A stretch of 64,000 nt of DNA from Pseudomonadales bacterium (GCA_045106985.1 JBGCFQ010000024.1:128502-192501); one strand, 5' to 3'; counted from the stretch's first letter, positions 52,310-63,159 are shown. Made by a program: numbers and translations. The notes: generated by a model from the sequence alone, not told the origin.

Positions 52310-53506
52310 TCATTCGGCTGACAGTGCTCGAATCACTCCGCGCACTTCTGCAAGTCCTTTGAGGCGCCCGATGCCGGAATACCCTGGGTTTACATTTTTG
52401 CCGATGTCGTCCATCATCTGATGCCCGTGATCTGGTCGAGCAAAAATTTCTTCTTGCTCAGGCTCTTCGCGTTTGCGTCGGGACTCTTCATTCAACAACT
52501 CTTTGATGACCTTCACCATGTCTATGTCACTGTCCAGGTGGCTGGCTTCGTAGAACGAGCGTTGTTCTTCGGGATCTCGAGTAACACCACGCAGATGGGA
52601 AAAGTTGATGCGTGGTCCAAATTGCCGAGCCATTGCCGGAAGATCATTATCCGGTCGACTGCTGTATGTTCCAACACACAGGGTAATTCCATTTGATGGG
52701 CTTGGCAGTGCTTCGAAGAGAAGTTCAAGGTCGTCTGCGGTGCAGATGATTCGTGGTAGCCCCAACATATCTCGAGGCGGATCGTCCGGATGAATGGCCA
52801 GCTTTACCCCCATTGCTTCGGCGGCCGGCAACACTTGTTCAAGAAAAGCGAACAGATTGCTGCGCAGAACATCGCTGCTCACATCTTTGTAATTTGTGAG
52901 CATGATACGGAAATCATCCAACCCATAGCTGTCTGTCATTCTGCCGGGCAGGCCGGCAATTATATTGTTAGTGAGTAGGGTACGCTCCGCATCGGACATG
53001 GCGTCAAAGGTGCGTCGCGCTTCGTCTACTTCCGTTTCACTGTACTCGGCTTCTGCGCTTTCGCGCTTGAGAATGAAGAGATCAAAAGCGGCGAACTTTT
53101 TTTGGTCAAAACGTAATGCAAAAGCCCCGTTTGGAAGCTCGTACTGTAAATCTGTGCGGGTCCAATCGATCACCGGCATGAAGTTATAACAAATAGTTTT
53201 AACGCCGCATTTAGCCAGGTTTTGCATGGATTCAATCCAGTTGGCTACGTACTTCTCGTGCCCAGGCCGACCTAACTTAATATCTTCATGAACTGGAATG
53301 CTCTCTACTACTAACCATTGCAACGGTGTTAGCCCGGGTGTGCAGTCCTCAATCAAAGTCTTATATTGACGAACAGCCTCGATGGACCATACCTCACCGG
53401 TAGGTATGGTATGCAAAGCGCTCACGATGGTGGTTGCGCCAGTTTGTCGAATGTCGTCCAGTGTTACTGGATCTTTTGGTCCAAACCATCTCCACGACTC
53501 ATGCAT
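52310..53506 (-). CDS. uxuA: mannonate dehydratase
   Basis: 'MHESWRWFGPKDPVTLDDIRQTGATTIVSALH' is closely similar to the UxuA N-terminus. 398 aa. Confidence 0.9.
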   Translation of the reverse strand: MHESWRWFGPKDPVTLDDIRQTGATTIVSALHTIPTGEVWSIEAVRQYKTLIEDCTPGLTPLQWLVVESIPVHEDIKLGRPGHEKYVANWIESMQNLAKCGVKTICYNFMPVIDWTRTDLQYELPNGAFALRFDQKKFAAFDLFILKRESAEAEYSETEVDEARRTFDAMSDAERTLLTNNIIAGLPGRMTDSYGLDDFRIMLTNYKDVSSDVLRSNLFAFLEQVLPAAEAMGVKLAIHPDDPPRDMLGLPRIICTADDLELLFEALPSPSNGITLCVGTYSSRPDNDLPAMARQFGPRINFSHLRGVTRDPEEQRSFYEASHLDSDIDMVKVIKELLNEESRRKREEPEQEEIFARPDHGHQMMDDIGKNVNPGYSGIGRLKGLAEVRGVIRALSAE

Positions 53507-54224
53507 GCTTGCTTACCCCAGTTAGTGCTGCATCTAAATTAAAGTGCGCTATTCAAGGCGCTTCATCGAATAAACTGTTTAGCGCTGCTCTAACCCCTAT
53601 GCTCTCGAGGGCTCTGTGAAGCTTTTTAACTCTTGCCATGCAGGCTTGCTTAATAAAAAGTCGAATTGTTCAGCGCCCTTTAAACAGCTGGAAGCCAGAA
53701 GCATCGCAACCAGATCCGCAGTTGGAAAACTCACAGTGTAATAGATCAATCAGATTTATGCTAAGCAGTGCCCTGTGGAGCCATTTGCTCTAGCTCGTTA
53801 GAATGTATAACCCGCTCCTCGTTTCACGGCCTTAATAGAGAATTTCTTCAATCGGGGCAATGCCGCGGCGCACAGCGCCCTTGGAATGTTTGCGACAGGT
53901 GACGTCAGTGACCGCCGCAGATATCGTTAAACGGCCACGCCTGCCGCGTTTTTGGCTCTGATGTGGCACTGGATGAGGAGAAAGTCCTGAATGATCTGGT
54001 CAGCTATTATTGATGACATATTGTTAAGGCCTTTTAGTAGCTTACCTTGAGCCCTCAGCGCTACCCTGTCTATCGTTGTTCGTCTTCTGAAAGGCGATTT
54101 TTCGGGTGAACTGAGCTGAGAGCTACCACCGCTTTAATGGTAAAGTTCTCAGATTGAATTGCCGGTAGAAATTACTTGGGCGTAGGAGTTTGACATTAAA
54201 TTACTAATAGATGAGGGCTTAGCT

Positions 54225-55967
54225 TTGACTGAAAATAATTCTACCAGGGCAGGAGTTGCACTTCTTGTTCTTTGCGCTGCACTTTTTGGTTGTGACCGTG
54301 AAGGCAACGCCCCTTCAGCAACAACAAATGAAGCGGTTGAAACGAAGGACGTGGCCGATCAAATTTTTAGCGGTGGCCCCATTGTTACGATGGATGCTTC
54401 GCAACCAAATGCTGAGGCCGTCGCCACTCGCAAGGGAAAGATTATTGGTGTCGGTTCACGGGCGCAAATAAACAGTTTAAAGGGCTCCCAAACCGAGATG
54501 ATCGATCTGGCGGGCCACACTCTGGTACCTGGTTTTGTCGACGGCCACAGCCATTTCTCTATGGCCACTACATCAGCCAACTGGGCCAACCTGTCCGGCG
54601 CGCCTGTAGGGGATGCAATTGATATCGCCGGTGTGGTCGCTGAGCTACAGACACAGGCTGCTCTTAACAGCACTAAACCGGGTGACTGGCTTGTGGGTTT
54701 TGGTTACGACGCTGACACGCTCTCCGATGGTCGCCATATGACACGTGACGATCTGGATGTAGCCTTTCCCGACAATCCCGTTATTGCCATACACGTATCG
54801 TTCCATGGTGCGGTGCTCAATAGTCGGGCTTTTGCCGCGATTGGCTACGATGAGACAACCCCGACTCCCGAGGGCGGTGTAATTGTTCGTCGCGAGGGCA
54901 ATAATGAACCGCTTGGTTTGGTGATGGAAACTGCCTGGTTTCCGGCCGCGAGCAAGCTTCCCCAACCTGAGGGAGAGGCGCGCTTCGAGAACATCAAATT
55001 AGCGCAGGCGTTCTACGCTAAAAATGGCGTAACAACCGCTCAGGATGGCCTAACCAGCCTGGCGAGTTTCGCGCTACTTAAAGAAGCGTCGCAACGTGGC
55101 GACCTGTTCATTGACCTTGTTGCCTTGGGTAGTTCCGCTGATCTGGATGCTTTCGCCGAGGAGAAAGCGCAATATGCGAATTACAATGGCCGTCTAAAGC
55201 TGGGTGGTATTAAGATCGTCACCGACGGCTCACCTCAGGGCAAGACTGCCTTCTTCACCAAACCGTATCTCACAGGTGGTCCTGGCGGGGAGCAAGACTG
55301 GCGAGGCGAACCGATTGCACCGCCAGAGAAAATCGATCAGCTATTAGGATCGGTTTACGGTGCGGGCTTGCGCGCCTTCGTGCACGCCAATGCAGATGCT
55401 GCTGTAGATATTTTATTGAATGCCCACAAGAAGCATGCAGACATTGCAGGAGAAGATTCGCGCACAGTGATTATTCACTCCCAGTTTATTCGGCGCGATC
55501 AGTTGGAAGATTATGCTCACTTTGGGATGGTGCCGGCCTTCTTCAGCAACCACGCCTTTTTCTGGGGCGACGTTCATGTTAAAAATTTAGGCGTTGAGAG
55601 AGCCCACTTTCTGAGCCCTATGAAGTCGGCTTCGGAACTTGGCATTCATTTCACAAATCACAATGATTACATCGTAACGCCAATGGACCAATTGCTTACC
55701 ATCTGGTCAGCGGTTAATAGGGTTTCCCGCTCTGGCCAGGTCATTGGCGCGCAAGAGCGTATCACTCCGGAACAAGCCTTGCGGGCAGTTACGCTTGATG
55801 GCGCGTGGCAGAATAAAGAGGAAGGCAGCAAAGGGTCGATCACAGTGGGCAAGCTGGCCGACCTAGTGGTGCTTGACGGCAACCCTCTCACTGTCGATCC
55901 TATGGCCATTCGGGATATAGAGGTTCTAGAGACGTATAAGGAAGGTCAGAAAATTTATCCGAAATAG
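54225..55967 (+). CDS. exported (lipobox) metal-dependent amidohydrolase, YtcJ-like
   Basis: 'LVLCAALFGC' lipobox and a 'LVPGFVDGHSHF' metal-binding HxH region. 580 aa, with a TTG start. Confidence 0.75.
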   Translation: MTENNSTRAGVALLVLCAALFGCDREGNAPSATTNEAVETKDVADQIFSGGPIVTMDASQPNAEAVATRKGKIIGVGSRAQINSLKGSQTEMIDLAGHTLVPGFVDGHSHFSMATTSANWANLSGAPVGDAIDIAGVVAELQTQAALNSTKPGDWLVGFGYDADTLSDGRHMTRDDLDVAFPDNPVIAIHVSFHGAVLNSRAFAAIGYDETTPTPEGGVIVRREGNNEPLGLVMETAWFPAASKLPQPEGEARFENIKLAQAFYAKNGVTTAQDGLTSLASFALLKEASQRGDLFIDLVALGSSADLDAFAEEKAQYANYNGRLKLGGIKIVTDGSPQGKTAFFTKPYLTGGPGGEQDWRGEPIAPPEKIDQLLGSVYGAGLRAFVHANADAAVDILLNAHKKHADIAGEDSRTVIIHSQFIRRDQLEDYAHFGMVPAFFSNHAFFWGDVHVKNLGVERAHFLSPMKSASELGIHFTNHNDYIVTPMDQLLTIWSAVNRVSRSGQVIGAQERITPEQALRAVTLDGAWQNKEEGSKGSITVGKLADLVVLDGNPLTVDPMAIRDIEVLETYKEGQKIYPK

Positions 55968-56052
55968 GCACACGCGCGGCGCCGGTTTTGCGGGCATGCG
56001 AAGATGTGATGCCTTTTGGATTTCTCAAAATGTGTAAGGTGGTGGAAAAGAA

Positions 56053-56823
56053 ATGAATAAATACGATGGACTGAATCAAGCAATGGTCGAACAGTACGCC
56101 CCTCGCGTCGGCCGCCGACCTCTACTGCCACCAATGAGCGATAAAGCCCAGGTTGCCTTGATGTGCCGAATGTTATTCAAAGAAGGCTGGAATGAACATA
56201 TTGCCGGTCATATTACCTACCGTCTGCCGAATGGCACAATCTTAACTAACCCTTGGGAATTGGCCTGGGATGAGCTGACCGCCAGCGACATAATGACGCT
56301 TGATGAAGAAGGAAACATTATCGATGGCGAGTGGAATATAACGCCGGCTATTGGGCTGCATATTCAAATTCACGCGCTGCGCCCCGAGCTCAACGTTGTA
56401 ATTCACAATCATACGCAGTGGAGTGGAATTTGGGCGAACCTGCAACGTGTGCCACCGGTTTACGATCAAACGGGCGCGCACTGCGGTTTGGAGCTGCCTA
56501 TATACAATGAGTATACCGGTACGTTTGAAGATGAGATCAGTAGTCTTTCTGCGGCAGAAGCTTTGGGAAGTTCTAAGTGGGCGCTGCTGGCTAACCATGG
56601 CGCTTTGGTGGTTGGTAAGGACCTGCGTCAGGCCCACCTTCGAGCAATTACTCTTGAATGGCGTTGCAAGCGCGCTTATGAAGTTGAGTTAGCAGGAGGA
56701 GGAACACCACTTAGCAACGAAGAAGTTAAAAAAGTGAGTATTACAGACGCTAATGGTTTTCCCTTCTGCTGGGAAGCGATGGCTCGCAGGGAGTTACGCC
56801 GCGACCCAGGCCTATTAGAATAA
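56053..56823 (+). CDS. class II aldolase/adducin family protein
   Basis: 'HIAGHITYR', 'VVIHNHTQW' and 'ANHGALVVG' motifs. Confidence 0.8.
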   Translation: MNKYDGLNQAMVEQYAPRVGRRPLLPPMSDKAQVALMCRMLFKEGWNEHIAGHITYRLPNGTILTNPWELAWDELTASDIMTLDEEGNIIDGEWNITPAIGLHIQIHALRPELNVVIHNHTQWSGIWANLQRVPPVYDQTGAHCGLELPIYNEYTGTFEDEISSLSAAEALGSSKWALLANHGALVVGKDLRQAHLRAITLEWRCKRAYEVELAGGGTPLSNEEVKKVSITDANGFPFCWEAMARRELRRDPGLLE

Positions 56824-56895
56824 ACACGGATTAAGCGCATAGTAAAGTGGAACAAACCCGCCAACTTACATCTGCATAAAGATTAGGAATTAACA

Positions 56896-57822
56896 ATGTC
56901 ACTTACTGTAACCCCGCTCGATAACGTCGGCGTAGAAGTCTCTGGCTTCGATATCAATGCGCTTCTCACCGAAGAAATTAAGGCCGAGTTAACCGCACTA
57001 TGGTACGAGCATGCGATCTTGGTATTTCGCGATCAAGCCATCAGTCCTGAAAAACAAATCGAGTTTAGCCGAATTTTTGGCCCTCTGGAAATTCACCCAC
57101 TTAAAGTCAACACCAGTGAAGAATACCCAGAATTATTTGTATTGGAAAACGGCGGCGATAAAGATAAATTTTCCACTGCCTACTACAACGGTGAAGAAGT
57201 TGTTGGCCGCCTGGACTGGCATATGGACCTTCACTACACAGCGCGTCCAAATCATGGCGCACTATTACTTGCAAAAGTGGTTGCAGAAAAAGATGGCCTC
57301 ACCGGTTTTGGTGACCTTGCTAAAGCGTACGACGCGCTGGACAGTGACACTAAAGCGTTGATTGAAAAACTCGAAGTTGCCTATACCTTCAGTATGCAGC
57401 GTCGCAATATGCGCTATGTGAATCTGGAAGGGTATGAACCAGGCCCGTTTAGCCCGAAGAAGCCAAGCGATGTGGATTTCCCAGATTTTTCTGACGCCGT
57501 TTATCCTGCCGTTGTCACTCACCCGGTTAGTGGTCGTAAAGTTCTAGAGATCGTAGAACAGTTTCTGGACCGAGTTATTACTCCTCAGCAGTTTGGCCTG
57601 TCGAATGACGAGTCCATTGAGCTGCTTCAACGATTAGTGGCTCATACTCAGAAGCCGGAGTTCACTTATTTTCATAAATGGCGTGAAGGCGATATGGTGC
57701 TTTGGGATAATTGGCGCGCTATGCATTGCACTACAGGCACAAAGCCAGGTATTAGAAGGGTTATCAACCGCACCACCATCGAGGGTGATGTAACCTTAGG
57801 TCGTGTTCTAAGGTCGGAATAA
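56896..57822 (+). CDS. TauD/TfdA family Fe(II)/2-oxoglutarate dioxygenase
   Basis: 'WHMDLHY' HxD facial-triad element, 'WDNWRAMH' and a C-terminal 'R' region. 308 aa. Confidence 0.8.
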   Translation: MSLTVTPLDNVGVEVSGFDINALLTEEIKAELTALWYEHAILVFRDQAISPEKQIEFSRIFGPLEIHPLKVNTSEEYPELFVLENGGDKDKFSTAYYNGEEVVGRLDWHMDLHYTARPNHGALLLAKVVAEKDGLTGFGDLAKAYDALDSDTKALIEKLEVAYTFSMQRRNMRYVNLEGYEPGPFSPKKPSDVDFPDFSDAVYPAVVTHPVSGRKVLEIVEQFLDRVITPQQFGLSNDESIELLQRLVAHTQKPEFTYFHKWREGDMVLWDNWRAMHCTTGTKPGIRRVINRTTIEGDVTLGRVLRSE

Positions 57823-57887
57823 AGTGGCGATTAGTCGCGGGCTTTTAGTAAATCAACGTCAACTAATAAAGTAACCCGGGGCAATTA

Positions 57888-59504
57888 GTGAATAAACTCG
57901 ATCTCTCGAACACAGCCGACAGAACATTTCCTCATATCCTAAGACAGCAAGCCGAGCAAAACGGGGATGCAGAGTTTCTGGTAACTGATGCAAGCAGTTA
58001 TACCTTTGCGCAAGCCGATTCGGTAAGTGATTGTTTGGCTGCCGGCCTTCAAAGCCTAGGCATAGGGGAGGGTGATATTGTTTCTCTGTTCCTGGGAAAC
58101 CGAGCAGAGATGGTATTACTAACTCTGGCCATTAATAAGCTCGGGGCAATTTGGACACCAATCAATGGAGACTACAAAGGCCAGTGGTTGCTCGACAACC
58201 TGCAGATGGCGCGTTCCAAAGTACTGATTACTGATGATCAGTACCAAAATCGAATTGCGGAAATCGAAGGGCAGCTCGAAATAGAAGCTATCGTATTGAT
58301 CGGCGATGTGACGGCAAGCGGATTAAAAACCCCGGTTGACTATCAACGGCTGCTAGATCACCAGCCCGCTAAGCTGGATTATTCTGGCCTGCATTATGGC
58401 GACAACTGCTCCATCCTCTGGACTTCAGGCACGACGGGTAAATCCAAAGGTGTATTACAAAGCTATAACTGCTGGGTTCGCCCTATTGTCGGCGGTTGCA
58501 GTCCTCAGTATAACTCGCAACCTGGTGACATTATTTATTGTGTGTTACCGCTGTTCCATACAGCGGCCTGGACCACATCGATTTATCGAGCGCTTATAGA
58601 AGGCATTCCCTGCGTTATTGAGCCGCGTTTTTCAGTTACTACTTTCTGGGACCGGATCAAACACTTTGGCGCCACACAAACATTCCTGTTAGGCGCAATG
58701 GGAGCATTTGTTCTCAATGCTCCGGAGCGCGACGATGACAGCGACACGCCCCTAAGGCTTGCCCAAATAGTGCCATTGGCACCTGATCAGTGGCCGGTGT
58801 TCGAAAAACGCTTCGGCCTAAAGTTGATTCGCACTGGCCTAGGGCAAAGTGAATGCCAGCTAGTTCTAACGCAATTGGAGAATCGCGAAGACGTGCCCGT
58901 TTATGCGCTTGGCTTTCCCGCTGATGATACTACCGTTCATTTGCTAGATGATGATGGCAAAGAGGTCGCTCTCGGCGATGTTGGTGAAATCTGCATTAAA
59001 CCACTGCAGCCCTACATACTATTCAATGGTTATTTCGACAACCCCGAAGCCACTGCAGATGCCTACTTCGGCGACTACTACCGCACTGGTGATCTCGCTA
59101 AGCAAGACCCGAAGAGCGGTGCCTATTTTTATGCCGACCGTAAAAAAGATGCACTGCGTTTTGCCGGCCGCAATATATCCACCTTAGAAGTGGAAAGCGT
59201 GGTGCGTCGCTATCCGTCCGTTCAGGATGTCGCGGCCTTCGGTATTCCCTCTAAAGAGGTTGAAAGCGAGCAGGAGCTAAAGCTGAACATTGTATTAAAG
59301 GAGGGCAGCAGCGACTCCGCCGAAGAGATCTGCGCCTTCATTAACGAGAACGCGCCGCATTACTTTGTGCCTCGGTATCTTGAGTTTGTCCATTCGCTGC
59401 CTTACACGCCAACCAACAAAGTTCAAAAATTCAAATTGCGTGACCAGGGTGTTAACGAACACACTTGGGATTTGAAAAATTCGGATTTTGTCGTCAATAA
59501 GTAA
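57888..59504 (+). CDS. AMP-dependent synthetase/ligase (acyl-CoA ligase family)
   Basis: 'LWTSGTTGKSKG' P-loop-like AMP motif, 'YRTGDL' and 'PYTPTNKVQK'. Confidence 0.85.
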   Translation: MNKLDLSNTADRTFPHILRQQAEQNGDAEFLVTDASSYTFAQADSVSDCLAAGLQSLGIGEGDIVSLFLGNRAEMVLLTLAINKLGAIWTPINGDYKGQWLLDNLQMARSKVLITDDQYQNRIAEIEGQLEIEAIVLIGDVTASGLKTPVDYQRLLDHQPAKLDYSGLHYGDNCSILWTSGTTGKSKGVLQSYNCWVRPIVGGCSPQYNSQPGDIIYCVLPLFHTAAWTTSIYRALIEGIPCVIEPRFSVTTFWDRIKHFGATQTFLLGAMGAFVLNAPERDDDSDTPLRLAQIVPLAPDQWPVFEKRFGLKLIRTGLGQSECQLVLTQLENREDVPVYALGFPADDTTVHLLDDDGKEVALGDVGEICIKPLQPYILFNGYFDNPEATADAYFGDYYRTGDLAKQDPKSGAYFYADRKKDALRFAGRNISTLEVESVVRRYPSVQDVAAFGIPSKEVESEQELKLNIVLKEGSSDSAEEICAFINENAPHYFVPRYLEFVHSLPYTPTNKVQKFKLRDQGVNEHTWDLKNSDFVVNK

Positions 59505-59540
59505 GCGCTTCGCTGAGCGCGCCTTTGAAGGCTACTATTC

Positions 59541-60725
59541 TTACAACTGATCAAACTTCATCAATGTAAGGTTGGGCTTTACGCTATTATCGGACAACTG
59601 ATACCGAATAGATAACAATCCTTCGCGCTTGCCTGCCGTGTCAATCCAATTGCCCGAAGACGGCTGACGGTGAGACACCACAATGCGATATCGACCATTT
59701 TCAGTCACAATACTATGGTCATTCAGTTCGGTTTGGTAGCGGGTGGAATCAAATGATTGCATCCAGCGATTTTGCAATGACACACCCCAATAGGGCGCTT
59801 TAGGCACTGGACCTTCAATCACCAATGCCTCGTCGTCTTCTAAGTAAAACCAACCACCGAAATATTCGTTGTCGAAGGTAGGGTAAAAAATTCCGCCAAA
59901 GTCAGCACTGTAACTGCTGGGTGGTTCAATGCTGTTAGGGGCTGTAGCGAGCATGTTGCTCAAGGCTATAGCACCGTTCAGTGTCTCGTTTAAAAAAACA
60001 GTAGCGTCGCGTAAGCCTGTACTTACTTGTGTTTCGTTGCTGTCTACCTCGCTGGGCTGGTCCAGGTTCCGGATGGAAAAGCTGGCTTCGGTTTTACCCG
60101 CACGACCGTGGTAGTACTGGCGCACCATGAGCATGTGAATATCGTCTTCCAATTTCAGCCAGCTTGTCTTGGTGTCGTTGGGGTCGGTTTTGCTGAGCAC
60201 AATCCTGAAGTTGCCAGACGAATCGAATTGTAAAGATTCGCCAGAGAGATTAGCGGCCGCGCGGTTCCAGCCATTGAGTTGGCGACCGTAGAGCATGAAT
60301 CCAAGATATTCAGCCGCACCCCTGTTGCCTTTGATTTCGTAACGGTAAGCGGGGGATAGCTCTGCAGTGTGATAAATAGCATCAGGGCTATCGCCAAGAA
60401 ATTTGCGATGGTCAGCCATCCAATCTGTAAGTTGTGGCTGAGCAGTGCTGCCTTTCGCCAGCTTCATCTCCAACGAAGCTGATGCAATTTGAGTTAAAAA
60501 CTGAAGCCCTTCCAAACGCTCGTCGGCATCATCGGTAGCAGCGAAAATTCGTGCTCCTGCGGCCTCAAGACTGGTAGTAAATTCTCGCCAAGATTGCGCT
60601 GCCTGATTACCCTCAGCCCATTCAACGGGAGGAGTAGAAATGACCGTGCTTGCATTTATAGTACCGTACGCATAGGCGCCTAGCACCAGAACCAGAACAA
60701 CTAAACCAGCGCCTATTTTTTTCAT
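59541..60725 (-). CDS. secreted protein, DUF1214-like
   Basis: Signal peptide 'GLVVLVLVLGAYA'. The overall look matches the DUF1214/DUF1254 proteins that often accompany transporters. This assignment is from memory only. Confidence 0.4.
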   Translation of the reverse strand: MKKIGAGLVVLVLVLGAYAYGTINASTVISTPPVEWAEGNQAAQSWREFTTSLEAAGARIFAATDDADERLEGLQFLTQIASASLEMKLAKGSTAQPQLTDWMADHRKFLGDSPDAIYHTAELSPAYRYEIKGNRGAAEYLGFMLYGRQLNGWNRAAANLSGESLQFDSSGNFRIVLSKTDPNDTKTSWLKLEDDIHMLMVRQYYHGRAGKTEASFSIRNLDQPSEVDSNETQVSTGLRDATVFLNETLNGAIALSNMLATAPNSIEPPSSYSADFGGIFYPTFDNEYFGGWFYLEDDEALVIEGPVPKAPYWGVSLQNRWMQSFDSTRYQTELNDHSIVTENGRYRIVVSHRQPSSGNWIDTAGKREGLLSIRYQLSDNSVKPNLTLMKFDQL

Positions 60726-60793
60726 AGTAACTCTCTGTAAATTCGTTTGGCCCGTAACATCTAAGGTGCAAAACTCCGCCGTACGTCTACGCT

Positions 60794-62005
60794 CTACTGG
60801 TCTTTATCCAACTTCAGCGGCGCAAGTACAATTGCCGCCACCACTAACACCACACAAAATACATTCAGCAAAAGCACGTAATTGCCGGTCATATCAACCA
60901 ACTTTCCAGCTACGATAAATCCAGGCATGACAATCAAACTGATCATTGGTGACATTAAACCCATTGCGCGGCCATAACTGACCAAACCAAAGGCGCGCGC
61001 CATCATTGCACCCCAAACGGGTAGTTGGCCTCCGGTCGCCAAGCCAAGTAGGGTTGCTGCGACTAACATTAATGAATAGCTTGGTTCGGTTGCTAAAATT
61101 AAGAAGCCAATAATTACCAGCCCAATGGCAAGCCAAAGCCCAATTTTTAGGTTTATTTTATCAGCTGCAAACCCAAAGCTAACCTTCCCGACGATGCCGC
61201 CGATAGCAATAACGGTTATCAGCTGCCCAGCTTGCTCAGTACTGTGTCCTAAGCCTGTTACGTAAGGCGTGATGTTTGAAAGAACTGACAGGTAAACACA
61301 GAATAATAAGCTAAGAGGAAGACCAATTAACCAATAGGATGAATTGCTGATAATGTCTCTTGTTGTTAACGCGCCTATCGCTGTGCTTGCAGTCGCGCTA
61401 GCTTGTAACTGAGCATCTTCAACCTCTAGCCCGGCCTCTGCGGGTGTGCCGCGAATGCTAAGCGCCACAGTTGGCAGCACTACTAGCGCGACTGCGTAGG
61501 AGAAATACTCCAGTGCTAAGCGCCAGCCATATTGTTCTATCCAATAGGCCAATAGCAAAGGTACTACAATGCCGCCTACTGAGGTGCCCAGTGCAGAGAT
61601 GCCGAGAGCCCTGCCACGGCTGGTAGTGAACCAGCGCGAAATGGTGGTGCTCGAAGGCTGCGAACCTGCCAATGCGTTACCCACCGCCATCGTAAGTCCA
61701 AACAACACAACGTATTGCGTAATACTGCTGGCGATCGATAAAAGATAAAGACCTGCGGCAAACAGTATTGCCCCCACAGACATAACCCACCGCGTAGAGT
61801 AGCGATCTATAAGAATGCCACCAGCCGGCATGGCGACTAGGCCAAATAAAGTGCCAAAGCTAAGGCTGTACATTACCTCTTCTAAGCCAACGCCAAATTC
61901 CGCTTGCACAGGGGCAACGAAGAGGCTGACTGAATAACTGAAAAACCCGATAAGGAATAATTGGGCTATGAAGGTGCCCCCAACAATGTACCAGCCAAAA
62001 AACAT
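60794..62005 (-). CDS. MFS transporter
   Basis: 12 predicted TM helices and a loop motif 'DRYSTRW' between TM2 and TM3. Confidence 0.8.
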   Translation of the reverse strand: MFFGWYIVGGTFIAQLFLIGFFSYSVSLFVAPVQAEFGVGLEEVMYSLSFGTLFGLVAMPAGGILIDRYSTRWVMSVGAILFAAGLYLLSIASSITQYVVLFGLTMAVGNALAGSQPSSTTISRWFTTSRGRALGISALGTSVGGIVVPLLLAYWIEQYGWRLALEYFSYAVALVVLPTVALSIRGTPAEAGLEVEDAQLQASATASTAIGALTTRDIISNSSYWLIGLPLSLLFCVYLSVLSNITPYVTGLGHSTEQAGQLITVIAIGGIVGKVSFGFAADKINLKIGLWLAIGLVIIGFLILATEPSYSLMLVAATLLGLATGGQLPVWGAMMARAFGLVSYGRAMGLMSPMISLIVMPGFIVAGKLVDMTGNYVLLLNVFCVVLVVAAIVLAPLKLDKDQ

Positions 62006-62298
62006 ACTTAATCTCCAAGGAGGGTGCCAGGCATCTTAATGGGCGGCGGAGCATGCCCACTTATTCAGCGCCAAGTTCGAATTAGTATCTCTATAATGCA
62101 GCGATGCTGGCTAGTTTGCTAGGACCTAAGATGTCGTATTGGTAGTCATATGAACTCAGGAAGCCATAGGGAGCGCATCCTGAGTGCTGGCTTAGACGAA
62201 TCAGAAGTAGCACTCTTTTGAAGTTGATATATGCCTGGGCGCAGAGAGTTTCTCTAGGCCTCCTCTGTCTGCCCCTTAGCTGGCTGTGGCTTCGGCGT

Positions 62299-63159
62299 TC
62301 ATGAATGAAGCATAAACACCGGGATACTCGCTTTATGCAGCATATGATCGGTCACTCCACCGAAGATTTGCTGCCTAAGGCGACTGCGGCTGTATGCGCC
62401 CATAACAAGAAGGTCTGATTTAGTGTCTTTGCAAGACGCGATAAGCGCTTTCGCTGGGTCGCTAGCCTCTGCGCGAATGCTTCTACTCTTGACGCCCCAG
62501 AAACGCAGGTAAGTGGCCAGCTGCGAGGCCTTTGGGCCTAAGCCATTTTCGGGCCCGCAGCTAACGATGTTAACTTGATCCGCGAGCTGCAGGAGAGGCA
62601 TAGCGGCGGCAACCGCATTCGCAGCCTCGGTACTTTGGTTCCAGGCAATGCTGATGCGTCGGCCAACAGACTTCCTGCTAGATTGCGGCAGGACGAGAAC
62701 GGGGCGGCCAGAGTTCATTAGCGCAGCAAGCATGAACATATGAGCAAGCTTGCCACTCTTGGCGGACGGGCGAGACACAATAATCAGATCAGCAATCGGA
62801 CCCATGATAGAGAGAACTCTGTCGGGAGAGCCGACTTTCTCAAGCCAGACAGCGCCACGAGTTGCTCCTGGGCGCTTTATTAACGCGTAATCGTTGTTCT
62901 CGGCAACGTTTGCAAACAAGGCTTTGGCGGCTTCGCCGCCGTCTTTATTTGACTTCTTACCCTGCGATATAGCGCTCCAAACGGCATCTAGGTCGCTAAG
63001 TGGCCCAAGGTCTTCGGGCAAAGAAATATCAGAATGACTGTGCGGACGAATGTGACAACCGCTGACATTGGCGTCGAGTTTATTGCCGATGTCAAAAGCG
63101 GTGTGCAGCGCCACGGCACATTCGGGTTGGTCTGCAACGGGTACAAATATAACGCGCAT
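62299..63159 (-). CDS. tandem universal stress protein (UspA) domain protein
   Basis: Two Usp halves, with a C-terminal 'GAYSRSRLRQQIFGGVTDHMLHKASIPVFMLHS'. I prefer the start at 'MRVIFVP' because GGAGGAAG lies 5-12 nt upstream. Confidence 0.8.
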   Translation of the reverse strand: MRVIFVPVADQPECAVALHTAFDIGNKLDANVSGCHIRPHSHSDISLPEDLGPLSDLDAVWSAISQGKKSNKDGGEAAKALFANVAENNDYALIKRPGATRGAVWLEKVGSPDRVLSIMGPIADLIIVSRPSAKSGKLAHMFMLAALMNSGRPVLVLPQSSRKSVGRRISIAWNQSTEAANAVAAAMPLLQLADQVNIVSCGPENGLGPKASQLATYLRFWGVKSRSIRAEASDPAKALIASCKDTKSDLLVMGAYSRSRLRQQIFGGVTDHMLHKASIPVFMLHS

